DNA of 54,837 nt from the NCBI GenBank assembly GCA_022425745.1, contig JAKMEW010000086.1, positions 1 through 54,837 on the forward strand. Direction: 5' to 3'. Made by a program: the position numbers and the translations under genes. How positions within the stretch are numbered: position 1 is the first letter of the stretch; each line of letters opens with the position of its first letter. Under the pieces are notes generated by a model. It was not told where the DNA came from and made no database searches. It worked only from the letters and a program-made list of their open reading frames with translations. Below, piece after piece: positions 19,016 through 31,000 of the stretch. This DNA comes from Rubripirellula sp. (lineage in GTDB: Bacteria; Planctomycetota; Planctomycetia; Pirellulales; Pirellulaceae).

Positions 19016-20512
19016 TCATGCGATGATGTCATGGATCACTTGACCCGCGACATCCGTAAGACGAAAACGACGACCGTTATACTTGTAGGTCAACTTTTCG
19101 TGATCCAGACCAAGCAGATGAAGAAGCGTTGCATGCAGGTCATTCATGTGGACCATCTTTTCGGCGGCCTTGTAGCCAACTTCATCTGACGCGCCGTAAT
19201 CAACACCTCCCTTCACACCACCGCCAGCGAGCCACGCACAGAAACAGTGCGGGTTATGATCTCGACCCGGTTTTGCTCCTGTTTGTGCAATCGGCAATCG
19301 ACCAAACTCTCCGCACCAAACAACGAGTGTTTCATCAAGCAAGCCGCGAGAGTCTAAGTCTGCCAGAAGACCGGCGACCGGTTGGTCTGTCTCACCCGCG
19401 AACTGACGATGATTTCCCTCAATGTCAGAATGCCCATCCCATGAACGCTGATTCTCCATACCACCGGAGTAGATTTGCACAAAACGGACTCCACGTTCGA
19501 CCAACCGTCGGGCAGTAAGACACTGGCGTGCAAAATGATCGCACCGATTATCGCCGACACCGTAAAGACGATGAATGTGCTCCGGTTCCGAATCAATATC
19601 GAGCGACTCGGGTGCGGACATTTGCATCCGATAAGCAAGTTCAAAACTCTCAATTCTTGCAGCAAGCTCCCGTTGTTCGGGGTGCTTATCGAGATGAATC
19701 TGATTCAACTTTTCTAACAATCCAAGCTGTTGGCGCTGCCCCTGATCGGTTACTCCCGTAACTCGATTGAGGTTGGCTATCGGATCACCGGTCGGACGCA
19801 GATAGGTGCCCTGAAAGACACCAGGTAGGAAGCCTGCACTCCAGTTTGCAGCATGTCCCTTGGGTAATCCCCTCCCTTTTGGATCGCTCATCACCACAAA
19901 CCCAGGCAGATCACTATTCTCACTCCCGAGCCCGTAAGTCACCCAAGAACCTACACAAGGGTAACCCATCCTAGGTAAGCCGGTATTCATCGCGAACAGT
20001 GCAGGGGAGTGATTATTGGATTCCGTATGACCCGACAAGATAAAAGCCATCTTGTCGACATGATCACCGAGATGCGGAAAAATTTCAGGAACCATCTTGC
20101 CCGATTCTCCACGGGGGGAAAATCGGAACGGTGACTGCATCAAATTGCCTACAGAGTTCTTAAAAAAACCGGTGGTGTTCTTGAAACCATCGTCAAATTC
20201 TCGGATCGTCTTGCCGTTCCACTTATCTAATGCGGGACGGTAATTCCATGTATCCACATGACTTGGACCACCATTTATGAAAATCCAAATCACATGCTTG
20301 GCTTTACCGGTGAAATGCCCATTTTTAGCTGCTAACGGATTGAGATCATCCACCGAAGTAATCTGCTCCGGCAAATCATCGGCGAGGAGCGATGATGAAT
20401 CATCTACCAACAGGTCACCGAGCCCCAGTAGACCCAGCCCGCATCCGGCTCGCTGCAACCACTGACGTCGAGAAACGAAAGATAGCTGGCTATTTTTGTA
20501 ACTTGAATACAT
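19016..20512 (-). CDS. DUF1501 domain protein with Tat-like signal
   Basis: SRRQWLQ twin-arginine motif; GGPSHVDT, ARRLVERGVRFVQ, WDGH, GEFGR.P, GRDH, G.G.KGG. Start probably ATG 20512. Confidence 0.92.
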   Translation of the reverse strand: MYSSYKNSQLSFVSRRQWLQRAGCGLGLLGLGDLLVDDSSSLLADDLPEQITSVDDLNPLAAKNGHFTGKAKHVIWIFINGGPSHVDTWNYRPALDKWNGKTIREFDDGFKNTTGFFKNSVGNLMQSPFRFSPRGESGKMVPEIFPHLGDHVDKMAFILSGHTESNNHSPALFAMNTGLPRMGYPCVGSWVTYGLGSENSDLPGFVVMSDPKGRGLPKGHAANWSAGFLPGVFQGTYLRPTGDPIANLNRVTGVTDQGQRQQLGLLEKLNQIHLDKHPEQRELAARIESFELAYRMQMSAPESLDIDSEPEHIHRLYGVGDNRCDHFARQCLTARRLVERGVRFVQIYSGGMENQRSWDGHSDIEGNHRQFAGETDQPVAGLLADLDSRGLLDETLVVWCGEFGRLPIAQTGAKPGRDHNPHCFCAWLAGGGVKGGVDYGASDEVGYKAAEKMVHMNDLHATLLHLLGLDHEKLTYKYNGRRFRLTDVAGQVIHDIIA

Positions 20513-20581
20513 CAGTTTTTTCTCAATGTCGTGTGTGACAGTTTTGATCAAGCATCGACTTTCTTCGCGATAACAAACACA

Positions 20582-23500
20582 TCATTCGATGTACACAAAT
20601 TCATTCGTGCTCAAAATCATTTGGCAAAGATCAATCGAAGCATTCTCGAAAGCCTGTTGGTCCGTTTGGGCCTCATACACAGCTTGCTGTTTAGTCAAAA
20701 ACGATTTAGCGACCACGCGCTCTTCTGCTGCCGGTGATCTCAGTAATGCGAATTGAAAAACCTTTTCAATCACAACATCTGGATCTTCAGAGTCAATTCT
20801 TGAAAATAGCCCCGCCGCATAAACTCTACCTTGGGGACCGTTAAGGAAACTTAGCGCCTGCGGGGCAATGGTTGTGCTTGACCGACTGCCAATACTCACC
20901 AAATGTTCAGGCCAATCGAACAACATCATTGTTGGGATCAACTTGCTGCGTTTGATAAAAAAATAAATACTTCTCCGCTTCATTTTTTCATCGAGCGTCC
21001 CTGGCCCATACATTGCTGGATCCAATTGACCTGAGACCGCAAGCATGCTGTCACGGATAACCTCCCCCTCAGCACGTCTTGGTAGCCAGCGCGACAACCA
21101 TTGATTGCCAGGATCCATCTGCTGCTTATTTGTATTGGTACCCGACGACTGGAGGTATACAGCGCTGGTCAGGATGAGTTGATGAATATGCTTCAAACGC
21201 CAATCGTTCTCAATCAGTTCGCATGCAAGCCAATCCAATAATTCTGGATGACTCGGAACGGCACCTGAAATCCCAAAATCATTCGGCGTCGCAACCAAAC
21301 CCTGTCCAAAATGAGCTTGCCATAATCGATTCACGATCACACGAGCTACAATCGCTCCGGCACCATGCTCAACATCGGTCATCCATGCTGAAAGCGTTGA
21401 CCTCCGGAAACTCAAGGGTGAATCCTCACGAGGCCGAAGATGGTCCCAATCCGCCACAACTTTATTTTTCGAAGTCAGCACTTCTAAATAACCGGGAGCC
21501 GCAACCTCTTTTTTTTGATCCACATCACCTCGCTGAAGATAGTGCACCTGTGGATAAAAATGGGGGTACCCACGTCCGTCTGCATGATGCTTCATGTGAG
21601 GCACACCCTCGCTGGATACCATCACCTTGGTCAAATTCAGTGACGGCCCATTACGCTCAAGAGATTCAACAGCCTTTTTCAAATCGATCCATTTACTGAG
21701 CGACTTCTTGTACCAGTTGAATCCACGATCCCATGCCTCCGCATTGCTACGGCCAGTACTTTTCGAAGTCACCAAAGCATTTTTCAATTCAGTGGAAATA
21801 CCCTCTTCCCCGACTGCAACGGGAGCATTCTCAAACTCTGAGAAAGCAACACGAAAACGCCCCATCACATGTTTCTGGTTCGGATGGCGGAACGTCATCA
21901 CGATCTTCCATCGATTATCCGCTGAGTTATCCAATGGCTGACTGAGTGAAAAGACTGCGGCCTGATCCTTGCCGATACCACCGCTATCCACCGCCCAACC
22001 CGATACTCTGTCATCATCAATGGACGCTTCAATAGACAGAGCATCACTATTTTGCTGATGAGTCGCCTTAGCGTTTACAAAAGAAACTCTAAATTCATCC
22101 TCGTTGCTGGATCCGTTAACACCTTCACCGAGTCTAGATTTTACGAAGGCTTGAAAGTCGCCCAAAGCAAAATTGCCATTACCGGCTCGACCGGGCCCTC
22201 TTCGCGGCATGCTGTCATGTGTTAACGCCTCCAATCGAATTTGGCTGACTTGACTAAGGTCGCTACGACCCTCGATGGTGATAGTCTCTTGTGCAGGCAC
22301 GGTTCCTATTGCTAACCAAGATCCATCTGACTGTTGGTGGTACTTTGTGCCGGCATCAGAGTGCACCGACAACACTTCTAGCCGCTGCCACTTGGACTCA
22401 AGTGAAGCCACATCAACTTTAGATAACCAATGCGCGTAATCTTCTTGCAATTCACCAGCTTCGTACGTCTGGAGCGTTTGCTTAGCTTCCTTGATCGCTT
22501 CTGACCATTGCTGTCTCTTCAAGGCATTCTGCTGCGGCTCAAGATCCAACTCAACTTCACTGCGGATCGTCGTCGTAAAATTGGCAGCCATGGCGTAGTA
22601 ATCGGCGGCCGAAATAGGATCGAATTTGTGATCGTGACAGCGAGCACAACCGACCGAGAGCCCCAAAAAAGTCACTCCCGTAGTCGCTACCATATCATCC
22701 AGCTCATCGTACCTCGCTGACTCAAATTCTGCTTCTGTTAACTGCGTTGGAAAGACTCCCGCGCCGAGGAATCCGGTTGCCATCATGGCGAGTGGTTCAT
22801 CGGGGGCTAGCTCATCACCTGCTATCTGCCAACGTAGAAATTGATCGAACGGCATATCTTGATTGAATGCCTTAATCAGAAAGTCACGATAGTGATAGGC
22901 GTATGGCCGATCATAATCCTGTTCATAACCATGCGACTCAGCAAATCTGGCGACGTCCATCCAGTGGCGTGCAAACCGCTCTCCGTAATGCGGCGAGTCA
23001 AGAAGCTGCGTAACATATTGCTCCCACTTTGCATCACTGAAAGTGCCATCGAGCGACTCGATCTCGTCAATCTTGGGTGGCAAACCCAATAGATCTAGCG
23101 AAGCGCGTCTCGCGAGGGTCCGACCGCTCGCAAACGTATTACCTGACAACCCAAGATCCTCAAGTCGTTTCTGTATGAAGTAATCAATGGGGGTGCGGCA
23201 CCATTGAGCATTCTTCACCTTGGGTATCTCAGCCTTTGTTACTGGTAAAAATGACCAAAACGACCGATCCCTGTCTGACACTTCAAATGGTTTCGGCTCT
23301 TGACTTATTGAATCAATAAGCGGCCGATCATATGGAGCACCCAAGTCAATCCATTGCCGAATCCACTCAATCTCCGCGTCACCAAGCCGATCGCCATTAA
23401 GTGGCATTACGGGTTCTGACTCGTGAGTCACAAGTTCAAACAAGTAACTATCAGCAGCCTTGTCCCCAAGGAAGCCGCTTTTTACGAGATGTGCACGAGA

Positions 23501-23806
23501 TGCGAGGTTGAAGTCTGCTTTGATCGACGATCCGCCATGGCACTCAAGGCAATGTTCACTCAGTATTTTTCGAACATGATTTTTAAAAATACTCAGGCCC
23601 AATTGCTGCCGTTTCACATGGTTAGGCGAAACCTTATTCCCCTCTGGGATCTGAGAAAAACAGGCCGTGCCGCCAAAGCAGACAAAGCACCAGACAGCGC
23701 ACACTGCAATCTGCAAACGAATGATTCGTTCATTCAAAAACACTCGACTAAACCCCTGTGTTAATCTGTTCTTCGATTTGGCAAAACTCTGAATGCCCTT
23801 ACTCAT
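20582..23806 (-). CDS. PSD1 (DUF1553)/DUF1549 and planctomycete cytochrome c domain protein
   Basis: Heme motifs CLECH and CARCHDHK; [56 protein letters not shown]. Confidence 0.93.
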   Translation of the reverse strand: MSKGIQSFAKSKNRLTQGFSRVFLNERIIRLQIAVCAVWCFVCFGGTACFSQIPEGNKVSPNHVKRQQLGLSIFKNHVRKILSEHCLECHGGSSIKADFNLASRAHLVKSGFLGDKAADSYLFELVTHESEPVMPLNGDRLGDAEIEWIRQWIDLGAPYDRPLIDSISQEPKPFEVSDRDRSFWSFLPVTKAEIPKVKNAQWCRTPIDYFIQKRLEDLGLSGNTFASGRTLARRASLDLLGLPPKIDEIESLDGTFSDAKWEQYVTQLLDSPHYGERFARHWMDVARFAESHGYEQDYDRPYAYHYRDFLIKAFNQDMPFDQFLRWQIAGDELAPDEPLAMMATGFLGAGVFPTQLTEAEFESARYDELDDMVATTGVTFLGLSVGCARCHDHKFDPISAADYYAMAANFTTTIRSEVELDLEPQQNALKRQQWSEAIKEAKQTLQTYEAGELQEDYAHWLSKVDVASLESKWQRLEVLSVHSDAGTKYHQQSDGSWLAIGTVPAQETITIEGRSDLSQVSQIRLEALTHDSMPRRGPGRAGNGNFALGDFQAFVKSRLGEGVNGSSNEDEFRVSFVNAKATHQQNSDALSIEASIDDDRVSGWAVDSGGIGKDQAAVFSLSQPLDNSADNRWKIVMTFRHPNQKHVMGRFRVAFSEFENAPVAVGEEGISTELKNALVTSKSTGRSNAEAWDRGFNWYKKSLSKWIDLKKAVESLERNGPSLNLTKVMVSSEGVPHMKHHADGRGYPHFYPQVHYLQRGDVDQKKEVAAPGYLEVLTSKNKVVADWDHLRPREDSPLSFRRSTLSAWMTDVEHGAGAIVARVIVNRLWQAHFGQGLVATPNDFGISGAVPSHPELLDWLACELIENDWRLKHIHQLILTSAVYLQSSGTNTNKQQMDPGNQWLSRWLPRRAEGEVIRDSMLAVSGQLDPAMYGPGTLDEKMKRRSIYFFIKRSKLIPTMMLFDWPEHLVSIGSRSSTTIAPQALSFLNGPQGRVYAAGLFSRIDSEDPDVVIEKVFQFALLRSPAAEERVVAKSFLTKQQAVYEAQTDQQAFENASIDLCQMILSTNEFVYIE

Positions 23807-25205
23807 TGCAGTCCGAACTGACTACTACTGCTGGGTCGGACATCGCAGAATGCAGTCCAACTGAATTCACCGTCACGACTCGGTATTCAGTATTTTCTGA
23901 AGAAACTGAACTGGGAAGCACAAACTCCATCTGGCTCAACGGTAGTGTCGGTGTATCGCTATAAAGTAGTCCCTGAAAGATCGCTCGACCAAATCGATTT
24001 TTGGTCTCCGAGACCACTTCTCCAATCCTTTCCTCACCTTGGTAGATCAAAAATCTTTCAATCCCACTTTCAACATCAGCTTTCGCTTTCCAAGATAACT
24101 TCCCATCACAAAGTTTAACTGCATATGGAATGGGTGGCGGAGTCACATCTTCTACTTGCGTGTCGTTTACATACTGCATCCATAGGGTTGCGAATTCTTC
24201 ACTTGGCAACCACGTCGATACCTGCGGGTCCCCTTGGAAGGTTTTTGCGGGCACAGCCTGGAATCCAGGTGTATCAGCAAGCCAACCCTCTTGTTCATTT
24301 AAATCCCGCATTGGTTGCCCCGCCTTGTTCGGCAATCGTGATTCAAGACACACATCAAGCCATCGAATGGCGAGGTAACGTTGATTGCCACACTCGTGAC
24401 TCGTCAAAGGATCAACGGCAACGCCGATTAACCCGCCATCTTTCCGCATGCGGTTAAAAAACTTCTGGTTTGCCGGCCAGACGCGAGCAAAACGCCCTTC
24501 CTTAACTGTCACTCCCTCTTTCGTTCCCGGATTACACATGATCGGAACTCGCAGAGCAGATTTTTTGAGTTGGTGGTGTTTGATCGTTGGACGATCTGGA
24601 TTCGCTTCTAAGAAGGGGACACCGGATCGCAGCCATGCAGCGGCCACTTTATCTGGATGCAGCAACACCATCCCGCCAGCCCAATGACCACCACCGCTGT
24701 GCCCCCACAGTGCCCAAGGAACTTCGGCTAATTCGGGATGGCCACTCTTCTCCCCGAGGTCAAGCAATGCACGCTGAAATGCGGCGCTCGATCCGTTACG
24801 TGGATCACACCACAGCTGGCAGTCTGCATCTCCCGGTTGCTCATACGCAGGCGACAACAGTGCGCAATCATGCTTCTCGGCCAACGCTTGCCAGTGTAAG
24901 TCGTAAGCGCCTGACAAACCTGATTTGCATGACCCCTCGCCGCAGCCATGCTGATGAACAATCACTCCGCGCAATGGTCCAACTGAACTCGGAATCCAAA
25001 TTGTGTAGTTGACGCCAAATGCCAAGCCACCATCCTGCTGTGAAGGCTCATACCTGACGCGAAAGTAGGGAGGCTCAGCCTCTGGGTACTGTTCGTAGGG
25101 TTGAATCTGCGCGGTGACATGAGCCCCTGCAGTATGAACCAGGAGAACGACTACGAGACATCGCGACAAAAGACTTGCCAAAGACTGGAATCGAAGAACA
25201 CTCAT
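23799..25205 (-). CDS. Secreted alpha/beta-hydrolase-fold protein
   Basis: Signal peptide; HQHGCG oxyanion region, nucleophile elbow WGHSGGG, candidate His in SHECG. Stop overlaps the predicted PSD1 gene start by 8 nt. Confidence 0.75.
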   Translation of the reverse strand: MSVLRFQSLASLLSRCLVVVLLVHTAGAHVTAQIQPYEQYPEAEPPYFRVRYEPSQQDGGLAFGVNYTIWIPSSVGPLRGVIVHQHGCGEGSCKSGLSGAYDLHWQALAEKHDCALLSPAYEQPGDADCQLWCDPRNGSSAAFQRALLDLGEKSGHPELAEVPWALWGHSGGGHWAGGMVLLHPDKVAAAWLRSGVPFLEANPDRPTIKHHQLKKSALRVPIMCNPGTKEGVTVKEGRFARVWPANQKFFNRMRKDGGLIGVAVDPLTSHECGNQRYLAIRWLDVCLESRLPNKAGQPMRDLNEQEGWLADTPGFQAVPAKTFQGDPQVSTWLPSEEFATLWMQYVNDTQVEDVTPPPIPYAVKLCDGKLSWKAKADVESGIERFLIYQGEERIGEVVSETKNRFGRAIFQGLLYSDTPTLPLSQMEFVLPSSVSSENTEYRVVTVNSVGLHSAMSDPAVVVSSDCNE

Positions 25206-25297
25206 TTTTTTGCGAGCACCAAATCAATTGAATACAGTGAAACAGGGTAAGAGATGATGGACTCCATCAACCCCACCTATCTAAGCGAGCCGTCACA

Positions 25298-26257
25298 TCA
25301 GGCTTTCAGGCGTGCAATCAAGTACGCAGTTGGATTCTCGGCGTTACCCTTTTCTCGACCGGGATATACGAGTTCACACTGAATCTCCAATTCATCTAGT
25401 CGCTCTTTGAGCCTCACACCAAAATTGGAAGTGTGCGTCGGATCTTTTTGGGGCTCCCCTAAACCTGGTTTAGCAGAATAGTAGAGATAGACTGGCGGAT
25501 CATTGGTAGACGCGAGATGGTAAGGCGAATACTCACGAATCCACGGCAGTAGTGTTTCACGCTGTTGCAGAAACTGCGCAAAGTTCCTCACACCAAAGGC
25601 ATGACCACCATACCGACTATTGGGTGTCCACTGCTTCATCTGTTGCGGGTCAAGAGTTGTCTGAGCACCTATCACTGCCGCGCAGGTCAAACGTGTTGAT
25701 TGTCTCGACACCAGATCTTCACTCGAAAGATCAGCGAGGTCATCATGAAAAGCAAGCCACAAACTGCTGCAGGCACCAGCAGAACCTCCTGCAGCGCCTA
25801 TCCGCTCGGCATCGAAACCCCACTCCTTGGCCCTCGATCTTACGTACTGCAACGCGCTTGCAGCATCACGAAGAGGAGCTTTCACCGGAGGAACAACCTC
25901 CTCCGCATTGGCGTGTCGCATCAAACGATAATTAATCGCGACCACTGATATCTGTGCACGAAGAAGCTCATTGACATTCACAAAACGATGCACTCGCTCT
26001 TTCTCTCCACCCGACCACCCTCCACCATGAATCACGAAGACGACGGGCGTTGGCTTCTCTGATTCTGCAACCCAAACATCCAATACCTGTCTTGGGTGCG
26101 AGCCATAGGAAACGGATAGGAAGGTCGGAGTCGGTACCGATGAGTCATAGGCCGTTTCACTGCCTGCTGACGACTTACTCGAATCCTCCGCGCACACATC
26201 AAACTCATGCGTCAATAACGCAAAACTCATCGCAAACATTAGCAATCGATTCTTCAT
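25298..26257 (-). CDS. Secreted alpha/beta hydrolase (HSL/BD-FAE-like esterase)
   Basis: Signal peptide; IHGGGW, NYRL, GGSAG, DPTH. Confidence 0.88.
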   Translation of the reverse strand: MKNRLLMFAMSFALLTHEFDVCAEDSSKSSAGSETAYDSSVPTPTFLSVSYGSHPRQVLDVWVAESEKPTPVVFVIHGGGWSGGEKERVHRFVNVNELLRAQISVVAINYRLMRHANAEEVVPPVKAPLRDAASALQYVRSRAKEWGFDAERIGAAGGSAGACSSLWLAFHDDLADLSSEDLVSRQSTRLTCAAVIGAQTTLDPQQMKQWTPNSRYGGHAFGVRNFAQFLQQRETLLPWIREYSPYHLASTNDPPVYLYYSAKPGLGEPQKDPTHTSNFGVRLKERLDELEIQCELVYPGREKGNAENPTAYLIARLKA

Positions 26258-26702
26258 TGCAAATTACCTTTAACCCACAAATATTTCGCCTAGCGATTAC
26301 AAGCAAAATCTAAATCCAACGTGACCTGCAAACGTCCGTCTATTTGGTTAAATCTCACGACTAACGATTCTGCTTAGCAGTGCCTCGAGCGTTATCATAA
26401 GGGATAGGAACACCGATGCTGAGATAACGTGGCGTTGGAGCACGTGAAATCCCACGAATCAATCGCGAGGAAGTGGATCGCGGTGGCGAACGAGAATTCC
26501 GCCGATCGTTCTCCCCCAAACAGGCCAAACCATGATCTTCTCGCCCCAATTGGGGTACCATCGTCAGCTTGCCAAAAACGGCACATCAATGCCGCTTCTG
26601 ACCAGAATGGAATCGGAATAGAACATGGGCAAATATCGCATCTTCATCTGATGCTTCATCCATCTTAATACTCGCTTCATGCGAGCTGCATTTGGCCACG
26701 GA

Positions 26703-27902
26703 CTAACGATAAAGCGGCAAAGTGATCCCTCGCTCATGCAAGAACCCCACGTATTCCTCTGGCTCTCTTCGGAGTGAATTCGCACAACCGGGGCAACAGA
26801 TATAAATCTTCTTGCCATTCAGGTTGACCTTATAAGGTCCCCCCATCGCATCGAGTGGCTCCTCCATGACGGGACAAATTTTTTGTGCGGCAATCAATTG
26901 CCGATCTTCTTCTTTAACTCGATGCACGCCATCTGGCAGCTTTTCTACAGCATCCCCAACATCGAAACGTTCTGCCTGACTTGCGATTGCAATTCGGTGT
27001 AAGAATTCATCTGACCCACCGACCACCGATTGCTTTGCGTAATACACCGGATTTTTCTTTACTCTCCCGAGGCACCCTTTACAGCACAGAAAAACGGGTT
27101 GCCGACCCACCATGACTTTGACGGGATCTCCCATGCTGCCGAGAGGCATATCCATCACTGGACATGACTTCTGAAGTCGAATGAGATCAGTGTCTCCTTC
27201 TAAAGCTTCACCAGTGCCTACCGTCGGGAAACTCACCAGCTTTTCTTCCGTCGCTTCCTCTAACTGCGATGCGCACTCAGGGGAGCAGCAATAAACGATT
27301 CTTCCGCTCAAATTGACTTCGATAGGATCAGAAAAAAGATGGAGCAAATGTCCACTGATAGGGCAGAAACGTTGTCTCGCGACTGCTTCACGCTGAATCT
27401 GTTTGCCACCCGCAGCAACGACGCCCGACACTCGGTAGCTCAGCAGAGCTTGGTCTTCCAGAACACCAATAATCTGCACACGCAATTCTACTGAGTCGCC
27501 GGAGGCAGCCAACAATGGCAAGGAAGTTATTAAGTATCCCTCTGGGGTTGTCCGCAACTCATGCCGATACCATTTTTGATCTGATCCACACTGAATAGAA
27601 ATCGTTCCGCGGATGCGTTCAGTGGATAAATTGAGCGATGACCCATCCGGTCCTGCGACACTAATCTGAACATCTTTCTGCGTCAGTCTAGTTTTAACCC
27701 GCAGTCTGGCCAACCGCGTCACCCACTGGTTCACTAAAGGCTCTTCTTGATCCACGCGAATTTGGGATGGTGAAGAAGCCGGTAAACTAACCAGCATTGC
27801 GGAGGTGACCAGACACCAAAGCCCGAGACGAACAGAAGTGCCTAGGCAAACCACGAAGCGCAGACGTTTTGTCAATTGTGGAAACATCTCTACCACTTCC
27901 AT
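26703..27902 (-). CDS. Exported protein with three YHS/TRASH-like CP...CCxxC repeats
   Basis: FCPISG...YCCSPEC; SCPVM..PLGSMG...LCCKGC; ICPVM..PLDAMG...ICCPGC. N-terminal hydrophobic segment; directly downstream of cusA. Confidence 0.8.
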   Translation of the reverse strand: MEVVEMFPQLTKRLRFVVCLGTSVRLGLWCLVTSAMLVSLPASSPSQIRVDQEEPLVNQWVTRLARLRVKTRLTQKDVQISVAGPDGSSLNLSTERIRGTISIQCGSDQKWYRHELRTTPEGYLITSLPLLAASGDSVELRVQIIGVLEDQALLSYRVSGVVAAGGKQIQREAVARQRFCPISGHLLHLFSDPIEVNLSGRIVYCCSPECASQLEEATEEKLVSFPTVGTGEALEGDTDLIRLQKSCPVMDMPLGSMGDPVKVMVGRQPVFLCCKGCLGRVKKNPVYYAKQSVVGGSDEFLHRIAIASQAERFDVGDAVEKLPDGVHRVKEEDRQLIAAQKICPVMEEPLDAMGGPYKVNLNGKKIYICCPGCANSLRREPEEYVGFLHERGITLPLYR

Positions 27903-28019
27903 GTGATTGTTTGTGTTCCAGATTGCTCAACCGGCTCGACAACTTCATAATCGTCCTCCGGCTGATCATTCTTGATCAGTTCATCGTACGGGTTTTACCC
28001 CGACGAGAAAATCTCAATC

Positions 28020-31000
28020 TCACCGACTTAACCTCAACTTGAGTTCGAGATATCCGCAGTAAAGTGTCGGCAAAATGAATGACGTAATTGGCTCGACCAA
28101 CATTCCACCAAAAACCGGCACCGCCATCGCGCGAGCCACATCCGCTCCTTTACCGGTTGCAATCAAGATGGGAACGAGGGCGATTAGGGTTGTCAGCGTT
28201 GTCATGACGCAGGGGCGGATACGTTTTAAACCGGCCTGATAGATCAACTCCCGCAAATCCCGTCGCGTCCAATTCTCGCGGGTCAGGAGCGGTGCCTTCT
28301 CGAGAGACTGCCTAATGTAGGTGGCCATTAGCACTCCATCGTCTACCGCCAAGCCAAACAGGGCAATAAAACCAACCCAGACTGCCGTATTGAGTTGAAT
28401 TTGCATCAAAGCAACAAGAATCAAACCACCTGCGAACGCGACTGGTATCCCAGTGAAAACTGCTAGTGCGATTGGTAAATCACGAAACTGGAGATATATC
28501 AAACCCAAATTGATCACCACAACGAGTGGGATGATCCACGTCAATCTTCGATTCGCCTCCAGCTGGTTCCGAAAACTTCCAACCGTTTCGAGAGAGTAAC
28601 CAGCTGGTAAACCAAGGTAGTTGGCATCTTCAGTCTGAAGAAGCTGTGCCGTCCTGAGTTGTTTTTCAACTGACTCAACGGTTTCGAGGTCGCCCGCTCG
28701 GTGATTAGGCATGAAGCTCACGTGTGCGACGAGCCTCGCATTCTCACTATTGATGACACCAGGTCCCCACGTTGTTTCCATCTTGGCTACTTCACCCAAT
28801 GGAATCGAGGCACCTCCGGGTGTTACCACGGGTAGACGCACCAATTGCTCTACTCGCTCACGAAGATCCCGTGGATAACGCAGTCGAACCGGATACCGCT
28901 CGCGACCTTCAACGGTCGAAATAAGGTTGGTTCCACCCAATGCTGTTTCAATCACTTCATTGACCATCGCGATACTCATTCCGTAACGGGATGCGGCATC
29001 ACGATCAACAGAAAACTCAATGTAAGGTTTCCCCATCACCAAATCTGGGTTTACCGTCATTGGATCAACCAAGGGATTCTTCTTGAGAGTACGAGCTACC
29101 GACAACGCAGCGTTACCGAGTCTTTCCAAATCATCACCATAAACACGAATCGCCATTGGTGCCTTGATGCCACTTTGCAACATCACGACTCGACCTTCGA
29201 TGGGCTGCAAAGCCGATGCTGGGGTTACGCCGGGCAACGTTGCCACTCGGTTAATTTCATCCCAAACGTGTTCCTTGGTTACACCTTCGCGCCACTGTGA
29301 TTTCGGACGAAGCATGACGTAGGTTTCGATCATTGCAACCGGCGCGGGGTCTAGCGCTGACTCCACGCGACCAATCTTCCCCAAGACATTTTCGACTTCC
29401 GGGATTTCCCCAATCAAAACATCTTGTGTCTGTAACACCTGCATGGCCTGAGAAAAGCTCACCGCCGGGTAGAGTGTTGGCATGTAAAACCAACTACCTT
29501 CATCCAAAGCGATCCAGTCGTCGCCCTGCAGCCCTTGGAAAAGATGCTTGCCATCCACGTATCCGGGGAGTTCATTAAGATCAGCGCCAATCTTACTTGC
29601 AAACTGCTCTACGGGCCGAAGCAACGCGGGCAAGCCAAACCAAGCCCCAGCACCGAAAAAGCACAGCAGCACTGGGAACGTCAGGATAAGCCATTTATGG
29701 TCCAGCGCAAATTTCAATCGCGCTGCATACAAAAAACGAATCCATCGACTGGTCGGTATTTCATCGATCGGCCTAATTCGCTCTCTCGAAAGCTGCCAGC
29801 CAACCAAGAACGAAATGACTCCCGTGAAAACCAAAGCAAAGTTCACTGGAATCGAGAACCGGTCGACAAAAAACTCTTGCCAAAAGAGATGAAAACATCC
29901 AACCACAAGAATCGAAAAAGCCAACGCGATCCCAATCGAATCAGAACGCTTCCGCTTTTGTGTTTTCATCAAGATTTTTGATAAAGCGGGAACCATCGTC
30001 ACCGCAGCAACCAAAGCTGCTGCAATTGCGAAGGACTTCGTGTAAGCGAGGGGGCTGAAGAGCCGTGCGTCGCGACCGGTCAAAAAGAATACGGGGAGAA
30101 AGCTAATCAACGTCGTCGCGACAGCAGTGACCACAGCGGGTGCAACTTCCGTTGCTGCCTCCTCAATCAGCCGATCGCGCGATGCGCCATCCGCGTTCTG
30201 ATCTAGTGCTGCTTCCTGATGCATTTCTGCGTCAGCCAAGTGGCCGTAAATGTTCTCAGCCAAAATAATAGACATATCAACCATGGTGCCAATCGCGATA
30301 CCAATTCCCGCGAGTGACATAATGTTCGAATCGACGCCAAACCACCGCATTGCAGCAAACGAGATGAGCACGCCGAACGGCAAACAGAAAGCAACAACCA
30401 GGCTGCCACGGATGTGGAGTAGGAACAAAAGCACGACCACAACGGTCATCAAAATCTCATCCCGCAGCACATTCGTTAATGTCTGGATGGTTTCATCAAT
30501 TAATCCTGTTCGGTCATAGACTGCTTTAATCTTTACACCCTGTAAGGCAGGTTCAATCTGCGAGATCTTTTCCTTAACTCTTTGAATCACCGCTCTGGGA
30601 TTCTCGCCATGCTTCATGACGACAACTCCACCAACCGCTTCGACACCATTGAAATCAAGTGCACCGCGTCGAAAATCAGGGCCCACTTGGACGCGGCCCA
30701 AATCTTTGATTCGAACCGGCACATCGTCTCTCTGTGAGACAACCGTGTTTTCGATATCTCGAACCGCCAGCTTTAAATCACCGTCACGCCCGAGAAAACC
30801 CCTGCCTCGAACGATAAACTCCATGCCAGTCGACTCGATTGTCTTTGCACCGACATCCATATTGGACGAACGGATCGCCCCAAGAACCATATCAAGCGAC
30901 AAGCCGTGATAGCGAAGACGATCTGGATCAATCTCTACTTGATACTGCCTGACGTAACCGCCAATGGACGCAACTTCGCTGACCCCGCGAACGGCCTGCA

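Noticed and set aside
26258-26702. Short ORFs between the YHS-like gene and the esterase
   Set aside because: Several overlapping 64-84 aa ORFs with no motif or clear RBS; none can be supported.
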